Origin: an uncultured virus (IMG/VR IMGVR_UViG_3300033463_005796)
Taxonomy: Duplodnaviria > Heunggongvirae > Uroviricota > Caudoviricetes
Strand: one strand, 5' to 3'
IMG/VR virus record: IMGVR_UViG_3300033463_005796
Length of the DNA stretch: 64,000 nt
The notes under the pieces are model-generated. The model did not search any database. It saw nothing but the letters and a program-made list of their open reading frames with translations, and had not been told where the DNA came from. Of the stretch, positions 10,733 to 20,005 are shown piece by piece (position 1 is the first letter of the stretch; the number at the start of each line of letters is the position of its first letter). The position numbers and the translations under genes are program-made.

Positions 10733-11166
10733 CAGATTGATGATATGTCAATGTAAGCTTTGTCTTCGTCATCTGGCGTATCCCAGTCATGGTTGCACCA
10801 GTCAAGTTTGTCTAGATTGATGGTGAAGTGCTTAAAGTTTGCTTCTTTGCGTGTTGAAAAAAGAACCATCCATTCTTCAACTTGTGGCTTAGTCTTCTTC
10901 CAGAAGTCATAAAGCTTGTTGTTCCTTTCGATGAATTCTTTCTCTTCTTTCTCTGAAAGGCATCTGCGAAGGTCTTCTGACAAGTCTTTTGGATCTTCAA
11001 TCCTGTTGTATGGAACATCAAGCATCTCTTCTACTTCTTCAATGACGCACTCTTTTGGAAGGACATATGTCTCTTCAAAGATCCGCTTGACAATAGGACG
11101 AGTGCTGTCCCATTTGAAATTCATAGTTTCATTCGTATGCAGCTTAACAGTGTAGTTCATGGTCAT
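10732..11166 (-). CDS. hypothetical protein
   Basis: ORF 10732..11286, likely start MTMNY at 11166. Confidence 0.55.
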   Translation of the reverse strand: MTMNYTVKLHTNETMNFKWDSTRPIVKRIFEETYVLPKECVIEEVEEMLDVPYNRIEDPKDLSEDLRRCLSEKEEKEFIERNNKLYDFWKKTKPQVEEWMVLFSTRKEANFKHFTINLDKLDWCNHDWDTPDDEDKAYIDISSI

Positions 11167-11470
11167 TGTTGTCTTTCTTCTCGAACAAGCTTCCAATCCA
11201 TAAGCACAGCCCAATAATGCTTGCCACAGCCAGATAGATTCCTCCAATGACAATTGCAAACGCATAGAACAAAGCAAAGAATGCAATGCACAATGCCCAT
11301 GGTCCCCACAATGGGCAAGTCACTATCCACCATGGAAGGTCAGGGCAGTAGCCAAAACACTTTGCAAACAGCATCAGCAGAAATGCTACTCCAAGGACAC
11401 CTAATGAAGGTGTCCTGAAGATTGTCATGCTTGTTTTATTTTCTTCTTCGTTAGGCATTTTCTGGAACAA
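11144..11470 (-). CDS. small membrane protein
   Basis: hydrophobic, LPWWIVTCPLWGP, resembles 8515..8793. Confidence 0.6.
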   Translation of the reverse strand: MFQKMPNEEENKTSMTIFRTPSLGVLGVAFLLMLFAKCFGYCPDLPWWIVTCPLWGPWALCIAFFALFYAFAIVIGGIYLAVASIIGLCLWIGSLFEKKDNNDHELHC

Positions 11471-12059
11471 AGTTTGTCAGGATTTTCTCACCAACGACTT
11501 CACACTGCTGGGCGTTGAAGCAGATCTTAGCTGCTTCATGCATTTCCATTGTCACATCTCCACAAGCATCTGCATGGACAATGATCTTTGCATCTGGCCA
11601 AGCTGCACGAAGAAGCACGACATTTGCAAGAACGCAGATCGAAGTGCATACTCCACAGACATGGAATTCAAGGTCTGCGCCACGGCCAAGCATCTCTGCT
11701 GCTTGCTGGCCATAGCAGTATTTGTACTGGTCAAAGATTTCTTTGTGAAGGTCAATGCTTCCAAATGTTGGCTTGTCAAGAGCTACATAGTTCAAGTTAG
11801 CTTCAATGACTGCATTCTCAATAGACTGCTCTACTTTCCATCCATCTGTGTCTTTCTTGCAATGTGGAACAGGAAGCTTCTTTCCCTCAAGTGTCTCCAT
11901 ATAAAGATCAGTGTGAGTGTCGCGTGTAGCAAACACATAGTCCCACTTGTCTTGCTTGATCAGGGTTTTCACTTGCTCAATGGCGCCTTTGCAATGGGCA
12001 TTTCCAAGAGGGCCAGTAAGGAAGTCATTCTGCATGTCTACGATGATGAGTGCTTTCAT
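11451..12059 (-). CDS. isochorismatase-family cysteine hydrolase (nicotinamidase-like)
   Basis: LIIVDMQNDF, TRDTH, PHC..T.GW, DKPTFGS, GVCTSICV. Confidence 0.88.
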   Translation of the reverse strand: MKALIIVDMQNDFLTGPLGNAHCKGAIEQVKTLIKQDKWDYVFATRDTHTDLYMETLEGKKLPVPHCKKDTDGWKVEQSIENAVIEANLNYVALDKPTFGSIDLHKEIFDQYKYCYGQQAAEMLGRGADLEFHVCGVCTSICVLANVVLLRAAWPDAKIIVHADACGDVTMEMHEAAKICFNAQQCEVVGEKILTNFVPENA

Positions 12060-12148
12060 TTTGTTTTCTTTATTGAGTTTGTTTATTTATATTTTACTGA
12101 CTGAATACTAAAAATGCCCTCTTTTTCAAGAAGGCATTTTTAAAAGAA

Positions 12149-13696
12149 CTATGCTGCTAGAGCTTTTCGGACTGCATCATAGCGTGGAGCATCAAGCTGC
12201 TCAATGATGATGTCATATGGGTCAAGCTTGTTGCTCATCACCATCTTCATGATCGACTGGTTGAAGCCAGAAATCAATCCAACACCAAGGTCATTCTCAA
12301 CCATTGGGATTGTCCCAGTACGTGAGTTGATGTTCCAGAAGAAGAGCTTTGGCATCTTGTAGCCGGCAGCTTTCCACTTTTTCTCAATCTCTTTGAACAG
12401 ATATTCGCCTGGATTCTCACAAGCAAAATTGAACTCCATGTCAGAGAAGATGATGATCCCTGGAATCTCTTCTTGCTTGAGGTTTGCATTGACAGCTGTC
12501 CTCAAAACAAGGTCAAACACTGCTTCAAGGTTAGTTGTGCCACAATCTCCATGGCGTCCAGCAATCTTGAGCTGATTTAGAAGAGAACCATCTGAATCGA
12601 CTTGGAAGAACTCTGGATGGCTTCCAAACTCAATTGCTTTGCCACGCCATGGCTCAGCGTTGATTCCAGCAAAGTAGAGACCAAGGCCACGTGCAACGTC
12701 AATTGCCATGATGTTTCCACCAACATTTGTGCACATTGAACCGGAGCCATCAATCACTGGAATGAAGTTCGTGATTCCTTGCTGGCGGCCTTTTTCGACC
12801 ATGTCTTTCCAAGCAGCTTCAAGCGTAGCATCTTTGCTGTTTGAATAGTCACCATACCATCTGTCAGTGCAGTACTTAGAGACGATTGTTGGGCAATCAA
12901 GTGCTGCTGTGTTGATCTTAGCGCCTGACTCTGGCTTCTCAAGGTCTGCAAGCCATTGGCGACGACGAGTTTCATCGTGCTTCAAGAAGCTGTTTCTGTA
13001 GATGACTCCTGCACGAGATGGAACTTTGTTGTAGTCGATTTCACCCCACTTGTTAGAAGACATCTGAGTTTCAAGAACCTTGATATAACCACGGAGGGAA
13101 GCCAAAGTCTTGCGGTATTCCTTTTCCGTGATTCCAAGGACGTTGCGCCAGTATCTTGCAAGGTTCTTTGATTCTTGCGAAGATGCATTTGCAGATGGAC
13201 ACCACTTAGCCATCAATGAAATGCTCTTGTCAGCATCCATCCCATCGATGTCTTTGTCCCACTGGTCAACAAAAAGAAGGTTCGCTGCTTTCCGAACATC
13301 TTCAGACGCAGAAAGGAAATAAGGCGTCAACTCGAAGAATGACTTCCACGATCCATATTCAGGAATTAAGGAAAGCAGCGAAATTGCTGCAGCTGGATCA
13401 TTTTCAATGACCCAACCAAAAATCGCGTTGAAGACATGCTTCTCACCTTGGCCACCACGGCAGTCACGGACAAAGAACATCAACTCAAGTGCACGCTGCT
13501 TGTCTTCAGCATACACTTCTGAGAATGCTCTTTGAATGTCAACTGGACCAAGCTTGCGCATTGATCCAACTTTAAAAAAGAAATCGGTCAATGCATGACC
13601 TGATCGTGCATAACCTTTTGCGCCATTTTCTGTGATTGAGACTGAACCTTCAGCGTCAGTCTTCTGGAGTGAAGAGAGAAATTTGTTTGTCTTCAT
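12149..13696 (-). CDS. DUF2828-family protein (TROVE/Ro60-like helical domain plus VWA)
   Basis: TENGA, FFVRDCRGGQGEK, IPEYGSWK, LMAKWCPS, EYRKTL, IDYNKVPS, DGSGSM, TNLEAVFDLVL, FSDMEFN, FWNIN, SGF. Confidence 0.85.
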   Translation of the reverse strand: MKTNKFLSSLQKTDAEGSVSITENGAKGYARSGHALTDFFFKVGSMRKLGPVDIQRAFSEVYAEDKQRALELMFFVRDCRGGQGEKHVFNAIFGWVIENDPAAAISLLSLIPEYGSWKSFFELTPYFLSASEDVRKAANLLFVDQWDKDIDGMDADKSISLMAKWCPSANASSQESKNLARYWRNVLGITEKEYRKTLASLRGYIKVLETQMSSNKWGEIDYNKVPSRAGVIYRNSFLKHDETRRRQWLADLEKPESGAKINTAALDCPTIVSKYCTDRWYGDYSNSKDATLEAAWKDMVEKGRQQGITNFIPVIDGSGSMCTNVGGNIMAIDVARGLGLYFAGINAEPWRGKAIEFGSHPEFFQVDSDGSLLNQLKIAGRHGDCGTTNLEAVFDLVLRTAVNANLKQEEIPGIIIFSDMEFNFACENPGEYLFKEIEKKWKAAGYKMPKLFFWNINSRTGTIPMVENDLGVGLISGFNQSIMKMVMSNKLDPYDIIIEQLDAPRYDAVRKALAA

Positions 13697-13738
13697 TTGT
13701 TTTCCTTTCGTTTTGTTCGTTTGTTTTTGTTTTTGTTA

Positions 13739-13799
13739 CAAGACACGTTTTGTTTCTTGATCCTAATTAAGAAATTGAAGTATTGCTGTATGTGTCTTT
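13739..13799 (-). ncRNA. CAGCAA-stem RNA copy A (5' leader of the DUF2828 gene)
   Basis: AAGACAC-ATACAGCAA...GTGTCTT terminal stem with inner TTTCTT/AAGAAA hairpin. Confidence 0.65.
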
Positions 13800-13837
13800 A
13801 TAAGAAATATTATACTGATTGTTTTTTGTTTTTTTTT

Positions 13838-13943
13838 CAAGACGCATTTTTCTTTAGGAGTTTCCTCCCTGATGGATTTGAACCATCTAACGGAATTTTC
13901 AGTTCTGTATTTTACCAATTTATGTGTTGCTGTGTGCGTCTTT
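13838..13943 (-). ncRNA. CAGCAA-stem RNA copy B with tRNA-like insert
   Basis: AAGACGCA-CACAGCAA...TGCGTCTT; contains GAA-CTGAAAA-TTC anticodon-like arm and GATGG-TTCAAAT-CCATC T arm. Confidence 0.7.
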
Positions 13944-13961
13944 ATATTTTTATCTTTTAAA

Positions 13962-14106
13962 TGGTACAGAAGGCAGTGTTTGATTTAGCAATTACGAGGC
14001 ACGCCGCCTCAAGCTTTCCTTTCTGCATCAGCTGCAGAGCTCCTCGCTCAACAGCATACCCTTAACCGTGGATAATTAATGTTTTATGTGTTGCTGCATG
14101 TGCCTC
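13962..14106 (-). ncRNA. CAGCAA-stem RNA copy C, CCA-ended
   Basis: GAGGCAC-ATGCAGCAA...GTGCCTC; paralogous to copy D over its length. Confidence 0.65.
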
Positions 14107-14120
14107 AAAATTGTTTGAAA

Positions 14121-14651
14121 TTATTTCTTGTCAATCGGATCAGGATCGGCTGAATCTGTGCAGAAGAAAATGCCAGGCTTGAATCCGAAAACTTCATTTG
14201 CAAGATCCTGATACAATGTGCTTGCCTTTCCATCTACGTCAGACAGATCATCATTGAAGAATTGAACGACTTTCTTTTTGAAGACGAAGTAGTCAACCTT
14301 GTCTATAAAAACATCACGGATAGATTCGACACGAGAAAGTGCAGGATTTCCCTCGAACGCTTCACGAAGAAGCTGGTCAGCATCTTCTGTCTCGACAATA
14401 TTATCAATGCGCTCAGGAATGACTGTTGTTCTAACAACCACGTTTCCAAAAACGCGCTCAGCAGGAATCAACTTCTCAATTGCTTCTGCTTTCTTGTTTC
14501 CAACAACGTAGATTTTGACTTCTGGAGTCTTGCACTCTTCATCGAGTTCAACACGGACATTCTCATCTTCAGAGAAGAGAGCTTCAATTTGACGGAAATA
14601 TGTCACCCAAGGGGAAGACAATTTGATAGTTTTTTGCTGTGCTTTCATCAT
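14121..14651 (-). CDS. hypothetical protein embedded in the CAGCAA RNA cluster
   Basis: KLSSPW...VVQFFNDDLSD...STLYQDLANEVF; likely start MMKAQ. Confidence 0.7.
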   Translation of the reverse strand: MMKAQQKTIKLSSPWVTYFRQIEALFSEDENVRVELDEECKTPEVKIYVVGNKKAEAIEKLIPAERVFGNVVVRTTVIPERIDNIVETEDADQLLREAFEGNPALSRVESIRDVFIDKVDYFVFKKKVVQFFNDDLSDVDGKASTLYQDLANEVFGFKPGIFFCTDSADPDPIDKK

Positions 14652-14680
14652 AAGTTTTTTGTGTTTTGTTTGAAATGGCA

Positions 14681-14834
14681 TGGAGAGCGGTGTTAGATTT
14701 GACTATTACGAGGCACGTCGCCTCTATCTTGCTTTTCCACATCAGTTGAAGATGAGTCATATACGGATCTAGCCGGATCTACCTTCAACAATCGTACCTT
14801 GATTTAAGTATTTGTGTGTTGCTGTGTGTGCCTC
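14681..14834 (-). ncRNA. CAGCAA-stem RNA copy D, CCA-ended
   Basis: GAGGCAC-ACACAGCAA...GTGCCTC, internal GTTGAAG/CTTCAAC stem. Confidence 0.65.
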
Positions 14835-14875
14835 AAAATGTTTATGAATATAATATACTCAACCTATTTACTTTT

Positions 14876-15175
14876 TCAATAGTCGAAGATAGGAACAATT
14901 GAAATCAGTTCATAGCGTAAATCTGAATATTCTAGCATATCTGCATTGTTGTCGAAATACTCATATGGAAAGCTTCCAATCTTGGTTTTTTTAGCCCCCA
15001 CCTTTTCTTGCTTTTCAATATATAGAGCCTTTTCTCTAATTGCTTCTCTATATGAATCGCACTTCATCAAGCAGGTTGGAGGTTTTCCTTTAGAATTCTT
15101 TCTGTTGAAAGTAGAACTGCAGATGGCGTATTTCTCTGGAATGTCGTATTTTTCTGTTGTTTTTGTTTTTTCCAT
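14876..15175 (-). CDS. hypothetical protein
   Basis: tightly packed ORF. Confidence 0.55.
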   Translation of the reverse strand: MEKTKTTEKYDIPEKYAICSSTFNRKNSKGKPPTCLMKCDSYREAIREKALYIEKQEKVGAKKTKIGSFPYEYFDNNADMLEYSDLRYELISIVPIFDY

Positions 15176-15176
15176 C

Positions 15177-15545
15177 TTAGACTCCTAAGAATCTGAAGAC
15201 ATCTGACAAAGATTCATTCAGTGAAGCAAATGCGTCATTGTAGTAGATTGTCTTCTGGTTTGGATCTTTTACAAGGTTGAACTTTGAATATTGCTCCCTT
15301 GCTTTCTTCTCACATTCACGCCTTGCAAGATCTTCACGCCGTCTAGTTTCTTTCTTCTTGCGTTCAACTGCTTCAAAAAAGTCTTTAGACCGTTCAAGAT
15401 CTTCTCTGATCTGCTTTCCTTGTTCCCAATTTTCCCAATCAATATTGTCAGTCGTATTCAACAAGGAAAGCAGATAATGGCAGTCTCTAGTTAGATTTGC
15501 CACTTGGTCTTCAAGAGCTTTGATGTGCAGTTCTTGCAAAGACAT
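15177..15545 (-). CDS. hypothetical protein
   Basis: tightly packed ORF, coiled-coil-like. Confidence 0.55.
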   Translation of the reverse strand: MSLQELHIKALEDQVANLTRDCHYLLSLLNTTDNIDWENWEQGKQIREDLERSKDFFEAVERKKKETRRREDLARRECEKKAREQYSKFNLVKDPNQKTIYYNDAFASLNESLSDVFRFLGV

Positions 15546-15558
15546 AATCGCTCAGTGA

Positions 15559-16098
15559 TTATCGGTTTGCCTTTTTTACAAAGCGGCCTTTAGAGTCACG
15601 AGTTGATTTGCTGTGAGTTGGCCATGGCTTTACGACCTCTTTTTCACGACAAGCACATTTGTCATATGTCCCATCATCGACGTCATTAGCTCTCTTAGCA
15701 TTGCGCTTTGCAGCTCTCTTTGCTTTCTCTTCAGCTTCATGAGCTTCTTGGTCATAGCCATTAGCTACAACTTTAGAAAGCATATTGCCCATGCCATTGC
15801 CTTCAACAATGCCATCTTTACCAACTGTTCCATATGCACGCTTGACAATCGCATAGACGACTGCATGCTCACGGTTATATTCATCTGTTGGTGACTTCTT
15901 GACAATTGAACGTGTTCCATCAGTGAAGTACACGATCGTAGCGTTCTTGTTGAAGATCACTGACTTGACTGCAGGCATGTTGACGCCCTTCACCATTGGG
16001 ACTTCAACTTCACGATATGTGTACCACGTTGATGAAGGAAATGGCGCATAGCCAAAAATGTCTCCAAAAATCGTGTTGGCATATTCTAGGTTATTCAT
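15559..16098 (-). CDS. hypothetical phage protein
   Basis: VKSVIFNKNATIVYFTDGTRSIVK; C-terminal RDSKGRFVK. Confidence 0.7.
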   Translation of the reverse strand: MNNLEYANTIFGDIFGYAPFPSSTWYTYREVEVPMVKGVNMPAVKSVIFNKNATIVYFTDGTRSIVKKSPTDEYNREHAVVYAIVKRAYGTVGKDGIVEGNGMGNMLSKVVANGYDQEAHEAEEKAKRAAKRNAKRANDVDDGTYDKCACREKEVVKPWPTHSKSTRDSKGRFVKKANR

Positions 16099-16152
16099 TT
16101 TTTGTTTTCTTTCTTTTTATGTGTTCTTTGTTGAATTAAAAATAATATACTG

Positions 16153-16362
16153 CTATTGTTTGTTTTTAGCTTTTGATTCTTGAAGTTTTTGCATATACAA
16201 AGAATGTATAGCATTTGATTTCTTCTCAAGCTCTTTTACTTCTTGAGTCTTTAGCTCACGAATCATTCTAAGTTCATCTGCAATAGTCTCAAGAGCATTG
16301 ACTGCATGTGAAACCATGTCTTGTTCCCATTGTGTCAGAGGATTGCTAGCTGGCATTTTCAT
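16153..16362 (-). CDS. hypothetical protein
   Basis: short ORF with GGAG RBS. Confidence 0.5.
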   Translation of the reverse strand: MKMPASNPLTQWEQDMVSHAVNALETIADELRMIRELKTQEVKELEKKSNAIHSLYMQKLQESKAKNKQ

Positions 16363-16365
16363 CTC

Positions 16366-16629
16366 CTATTTGATTGAAGCCCAAATCATTCTTCCAGTAT
16401 ATCCACCATCGGTACTATGCTCTTCACGGTAGACTTTTCCATTCTTGTATGGACGAAGTGCTGATGTTGCGTCATATGATTCATAGTCTGAATCCATTGG
16501 TGTCCTATAGAGCATTGCATGGCGGATCTTGTCATAATGCTTGATTTTGAAGCTTGTCCCTAGAATAGGGCATCCATATTCTTGGACAAGCTTCTGTCCG
16601 CATACTGGGCATTTGTAGACGGTTGCCAT
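16366..16629 (-). CDS. hypothetical protein
   Basis: short ORF, N-terminal CPVC. Confidence 0.55.
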   Translation of the reverse strand: MATVYKCPVCGQKLVQEYGCPILGTSFKIKHYDKIRHAMLYRTPMDSDYESYDATSALRPYKNGKVYREEHSTDGGYTGRMIWASIK

Positions 16630-17481
16630 CTATTCTCCATCTTTCTTTGGAAAGAGCTTTCCAATCTTGTCTTCTTCTGTAGAAAGCTTGTAGTCCATTT
16701 TCAGTGGGACAACTTTAGTTCTAACCATGGTGTCTTCACCTGGATGGAACTGAGCATACTTTGGATCAATCTTCTCGATTGATGTCTTCTTGATGAGCCA
16801 GTGCCCATACAGAATATTGAAATCAATGCCCATCAGATGATGACCAGCCTTTGAAAGCATTTCAATGCGTTGGTCTTGTGACTTTCCAAGCAGTTCTTTG
16901 TGAGTGAACCACCTCTGCGCATATTGGTTGATAGCGCCACGAATGCAGTCATTCTGCCTCCAGACGAAGCAGTTGACAAGCTCCATCAGATCTGGAAGCT
17001 GGACAATCCTGCAATCAAATGATGGATATTCATTCTGCAAAATTGCAACGTCATCACGCTCTCTTTTAAGATCTAGAATACTTCCATCTCCAAAGAAATT
17101 AAAGACTGATCTTGTAAAAGCCATGCCAGCGTAAGATGCAATGTTCGAGACAAGCTTGAAGTATTTTCTATCAAATGGCGCAGTCTTGATGTTCTTCCAA
17201 CCAAGTGAGATCTCATCTGAATGTGTTTCAGCAACATCACACTTGAACTCGTTCATAAGCATGTAAGCGGTTGTTTGCATAAGCTGAGAAAACACAAATG
17301 AACGCTTCTCAGCAGGAAGATCCTTGAATGGATATCCAAGATTCTTAGTCAGCTTTGAAAAGTGGCGCCCGTCAATCCGTGCATATAGAGGAAGATCAGG
17401 AATGAGCAGCTGTCCATTTGCTACTTCCTCATAGCGCTTCATACGCTGTCCAAGCGCATCATACTCGTTTTCTTTGCTCAT
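16630..17481 (-). CDS. Thg1-like protein (tRNA-His guanylyltransferase / 3'-5' polymerase family)
   Basis: RMKRYE, RIDGRHFSK, HSDEISL, FDCR, WRQNDC motifs. Confidence 0.9.
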   Translation of the reverse strand: MSKENEYDALGQRMKRYEEVANGQLLIPDLPLYARIDGRHFSKLTKNLGYPFKDLPAEKRSFVFSQLMQTTAYMLMNEFKCDVAETHSDEISLGWKNIKTAPFDRKYFKLVSNIASYAGMAFTRSVFNFFGDGSILDLKRERDDVAILQNEYPSFDCRIVQLPDLMELVNCFVWRQNDCIRGAINQYAQRWFTHKELLGKSQDQRIEMLSKAGHHLMGIDFNILYGHWLIKKTSIEKIDPKYAQFHPGEDTMVRTKVVPLKMDYKLSTEEDKIGKLFPKKDGE

Positions 17482-17774
17482 TCTGCTTGATCCCAAAGGA
17501 TTGTAAGGCTTACTGTTTGTGTTGCAGTTCTATAGCTATGCTTAACTTCATATCCAAGATATTCTAGCCAATCAATGATTCCCTCGTATACTGGCTGTGA
17601 CTCATAGATTTGAAGAGCATTCACATCATCATAATATGCCATGTTTTCACCTTTGGCAATTTCCTTTTCAATGACTCGTTCAATGTCTTTACGAATCTTT
17701 TCTGGAACAAATCGAGCTGCAAGCTCAATGTTCCTTTTCTTAGTAGCTTCTAAAGCTTCTTTAGCTGTCTTCAT
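17478..17774 (-). CDS. hypothetical protein
   Basis: ATGA overlaps with both neighbours. Confidence 0.6.
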   Translation of the reverse strand: MKTAKEALEATKKRNIELAARFVPEKIRKDIERVIEKEIAKGENMAYYDDVNALQIYESQPVYEGIIDWLEYLGYEVKHSYRTATQTVSLTILWDQAE

Positions 17775-18067
17775 TTCTTCTTCCTTTTAAAGTGGTTCTC
17801 ATCAAGCTGCCTGTATGTATTGATGATCTCGATTGGCATAGAAGTATACGCCCAAAGCTTTACAACATCTTTGTTGCTTGGACTCGTCTTTTCACAACTC
17901 CAATATCCAGTCCCGTCTTTCAACATAGTGTATTTTGAAAATGTGAATCCGTTGAATGCTTCACGTCCATTTCTAGACGGAACATAGTCTGGAGCATAGA
18001 CAAAATACCATCCGGTATCAAATGGTCCATCCTCTCTATCGTGCCAAAATGTTGCAATCTGTCCCAT
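17771..18067 (-). CDS. hypothetical protein
   Basis: ORF with GGAG RBS. Confidence 0.55.
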   Translation of the reverse strand: MGQIATFWHDREDGPFDTGWYFVYAPDYVPSRNGREAFNGFTFSKYTMLKDGTGYWSCEKTSPSNKDVVKLWAYTSMPIEIINTYRQLDENHFKRKKK

Positions 18068-18127
18068 AAGAAATCTCCTAGATGTGCTTCTTAATTACTC
18101 GTTGTCTTTAGAGCTCATTGTTTGTTT

Positions 18128-18382
18128 TTATCTTTGTGACAAGAATAAAATTTTCTTTTCAGAAAATTGTTCTGGCGCATTTGTACTATCTTTGATTAAA
18201 ACTTGTACTTTTCTAAAAAACTTTTTAGAAATGTCACTGGAAATGAAACTATCTATCCAAGGTGATGAAGTGTCATAAAGATACCAACCAGATTTTAATA
18301 ACTTAGAAAAATCAATATAATCATTTCTCTTTATTGGATAAACTTCTACCCATTTCTTGTAGAATTTAGAAAAATCGTTCAT
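18128..18382 (-). CDS. hypothetical protein (AT-rich)
   Basis: ORF after the AAA ATPase. Confidence 0.45.
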   Translation of the reverse strand: MNDFSKFYKKWVEVYPIKRNDYIDFSKLLKSGWYLYDTSSPWIDSFISSDISKKFFRKVQVLIKDSTNAPEQFSEKKILFLSQR

Positions 18383-18398
18383 TTGTTTGTTTCTTTCC

Positions 18399-19547
18399 TT
18401 AGATGTGCTTCTTCATTGCTTTGCCGTGGACCTTTGCCCACTCTTTGTAGCCAGGATGCGCAAGCAAAATCTTAGTGTAGTCCTTATTGATCTTCTTGTG
18501 GGCGCCATCAAAAGACATGGCGTCGACTAGAGCCATTGTAGCAAAGTTGGAAGGAAGCTTAGTTGCAATCCTAAAGAATCCAGCGATTCTCTTAGACTCA
18601 TCGTCATCATCTTTTCCTTTCCAAAGATGATAGACCATTGCAGCAACCATTGCATACTGCTGGTCTGCTTTTTCTGGAATGACAACTGGCTTGTTCTCAT
18701 CTGTCATGACGTCAAGGATGTTCTCATAGACTTCACGGTTCTTGTAGAACTCCATGAACTCAGCACCAGCTCCAGGACCAACAAGGCCATAGACAATCTT
18801 CTTGACTACAGTTTTCTTAGCATTAGTCTTCTCCATGATGTCGACCATGTGAGAGACTTTCTCCCAAGAACGAGGGGATGGCCAGCCATACTCGAGATTC
18901 TCACCATCCATATGATGGAGCATCTCAGGACGATAACGGATGAAACCTACGACTGAAGGATTGATTCCATTGTTGATTGCCCAACGTGCCCAATCTTCAG
19001 CATCTTCAGCAAGCTCGATATGCATGAAGCGGTTTGCAAGAGCAGAAGACATAGACATAGCGACAGCACGATCCTCAGTGCGGTTGCCTGCACCACAGAT
19101 GTACCAGCCATCTGGGACTTTGTAGATGTCGCCAAGCTTACGGTCAAGGATCAGCTCATATGCTGCAACCTGGATCGAACGGTCGCATGAGACAACTTCA
19201 TCCAAGAAGAGGATGCCCTTTGAATTGGGATCACGTGGCCAGAAGTCAGGCGGATTCCAAGTCATGCTGTGCTTCTCATTGTCGACAGAAGGAAGGCCAC
19301 GGATGTCGACTGCATCCATTTCTGCAAGTCGCACATCGATGAATCCAATGCCAAGCTCTTCAGCAACCTGCTTGACAATCTGGCTCTTTCCAACACCAGG
19401 AGCACCATGGATAAGAAGCGGAGGAAGCTTCTTAGCAAGCTCGGGGTCATTGATGATCCCCTGAGTCTGCATAACTAAAATATCATGCAGTTCAGAAGCA
19501 GTAATTCTGTTCGACTGCACATCGAGATTTTTCGCTTTAGCGTTCAT
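18399..19547 (-). CDS. MoxR-like AAA+ ATPase
   Basis: Walker A GAPGVGKS, DIRGLP, Walker B ILFLDE, AGNR, ALANRF, PSPRSW. Confidence 0.88.
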   Translation of the reverse strand: MNAKAKNLDVQSNRITASELHDILVMQTQGIINDPELAKKLPPLLIHGAPGVGKSQIVKQVAEELGIGFIDVRLAEMDAVDIRGLPSVDNEKHSMTWNPPDFWPRDPNSKGILFLDEVVSCDRSIQVAAYELILDRKLGDIYKVPDGWYICGAGNRTEDRAVAMSMSSALANRFMHIELAEDAEDWARWAINNGINPSVVGFIRYRPEMLHHMDGENLEYGWPSPRSWEKVSHMVDIMEKTNAKKTVVKKIVYGLVGPGAGAEFMEFYKNREVYENILDVMTDENKPVVIPEKADQQYAMVAAMVYHLWKGKDDDDESKRIAGFFRIATKLPSNFATMALVDAMSFDGAHKKINKDYTKILLAHPGYKEWAKVHGKAMKKHI

Positions 19548-19613
19548 TTGTTTTCCTTTTCTTTAATTGAAAGTTCGTCGTCTATCAGACACGTATGGAT
19601 ATATTATACTGAT

Positions 19614-19973
19614 CTACCTGTTCTTTTTCAAGATTTCTTCAGTATTCATGATGTTCAATTTTCTCAGGTTGTCTACATGGAACCTGTCATCATCATAGAC
19701 GAACACATGCAGATAGCCATTGCTGCTAGAACGAACTGACTCTACCATCAAACCATTCATCATTGCTGGAATGTCAAGATAGCCAAGAAGATCTTCAATG
19801 ACTGACTCATCTTTTCCAGAATAAGTGCAATGGATCCCTTGGTTGTCAGAAGAAAAACAATGTGGAGTGAAATAGCATGCAGACAAGCCATCATATCGCT
19901 TGTCTGTGCCCATGAAAGATTTTAGAATCTCTTCGATCTCGGAGAGTTTCTTTTTGCGCTCAGTAGAATCCAT
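19614..19973 (-). CDS. hypothetical protein
   Basis: 119-aa ORF. Confidence 0.55.
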   Translation of the reverse strand: MDSTERKKKLSEIEEILKSFMGTDKRYDGLSACYFTPHCFSSDNQGIHCTYSGKDESVIEDLLGYLDIPAMMNGLMVESVRSSSNGYLHVFVYDDDRFHVDNLRKLNIMNTEEILKKNR

Positions 19974-20005
19974 TGCTGCTTTATTTGTTTGACATTTTTA
20001 TTATA

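Noticed and set aside
11451..12059. Complete NAD reconstitution pathway
   Set aside because: Only a nicotinamidase-like hydrolase is visible; no phosphoribosyltransferase or adenylyltransferase in this window
13996..14834. Hammerhead ribozyme in copies C and D (CTGATG...GAAA)
   Set aside because: Lacks the A of CUGAUGA, has no stem II, and no stem III pairing to a UH site
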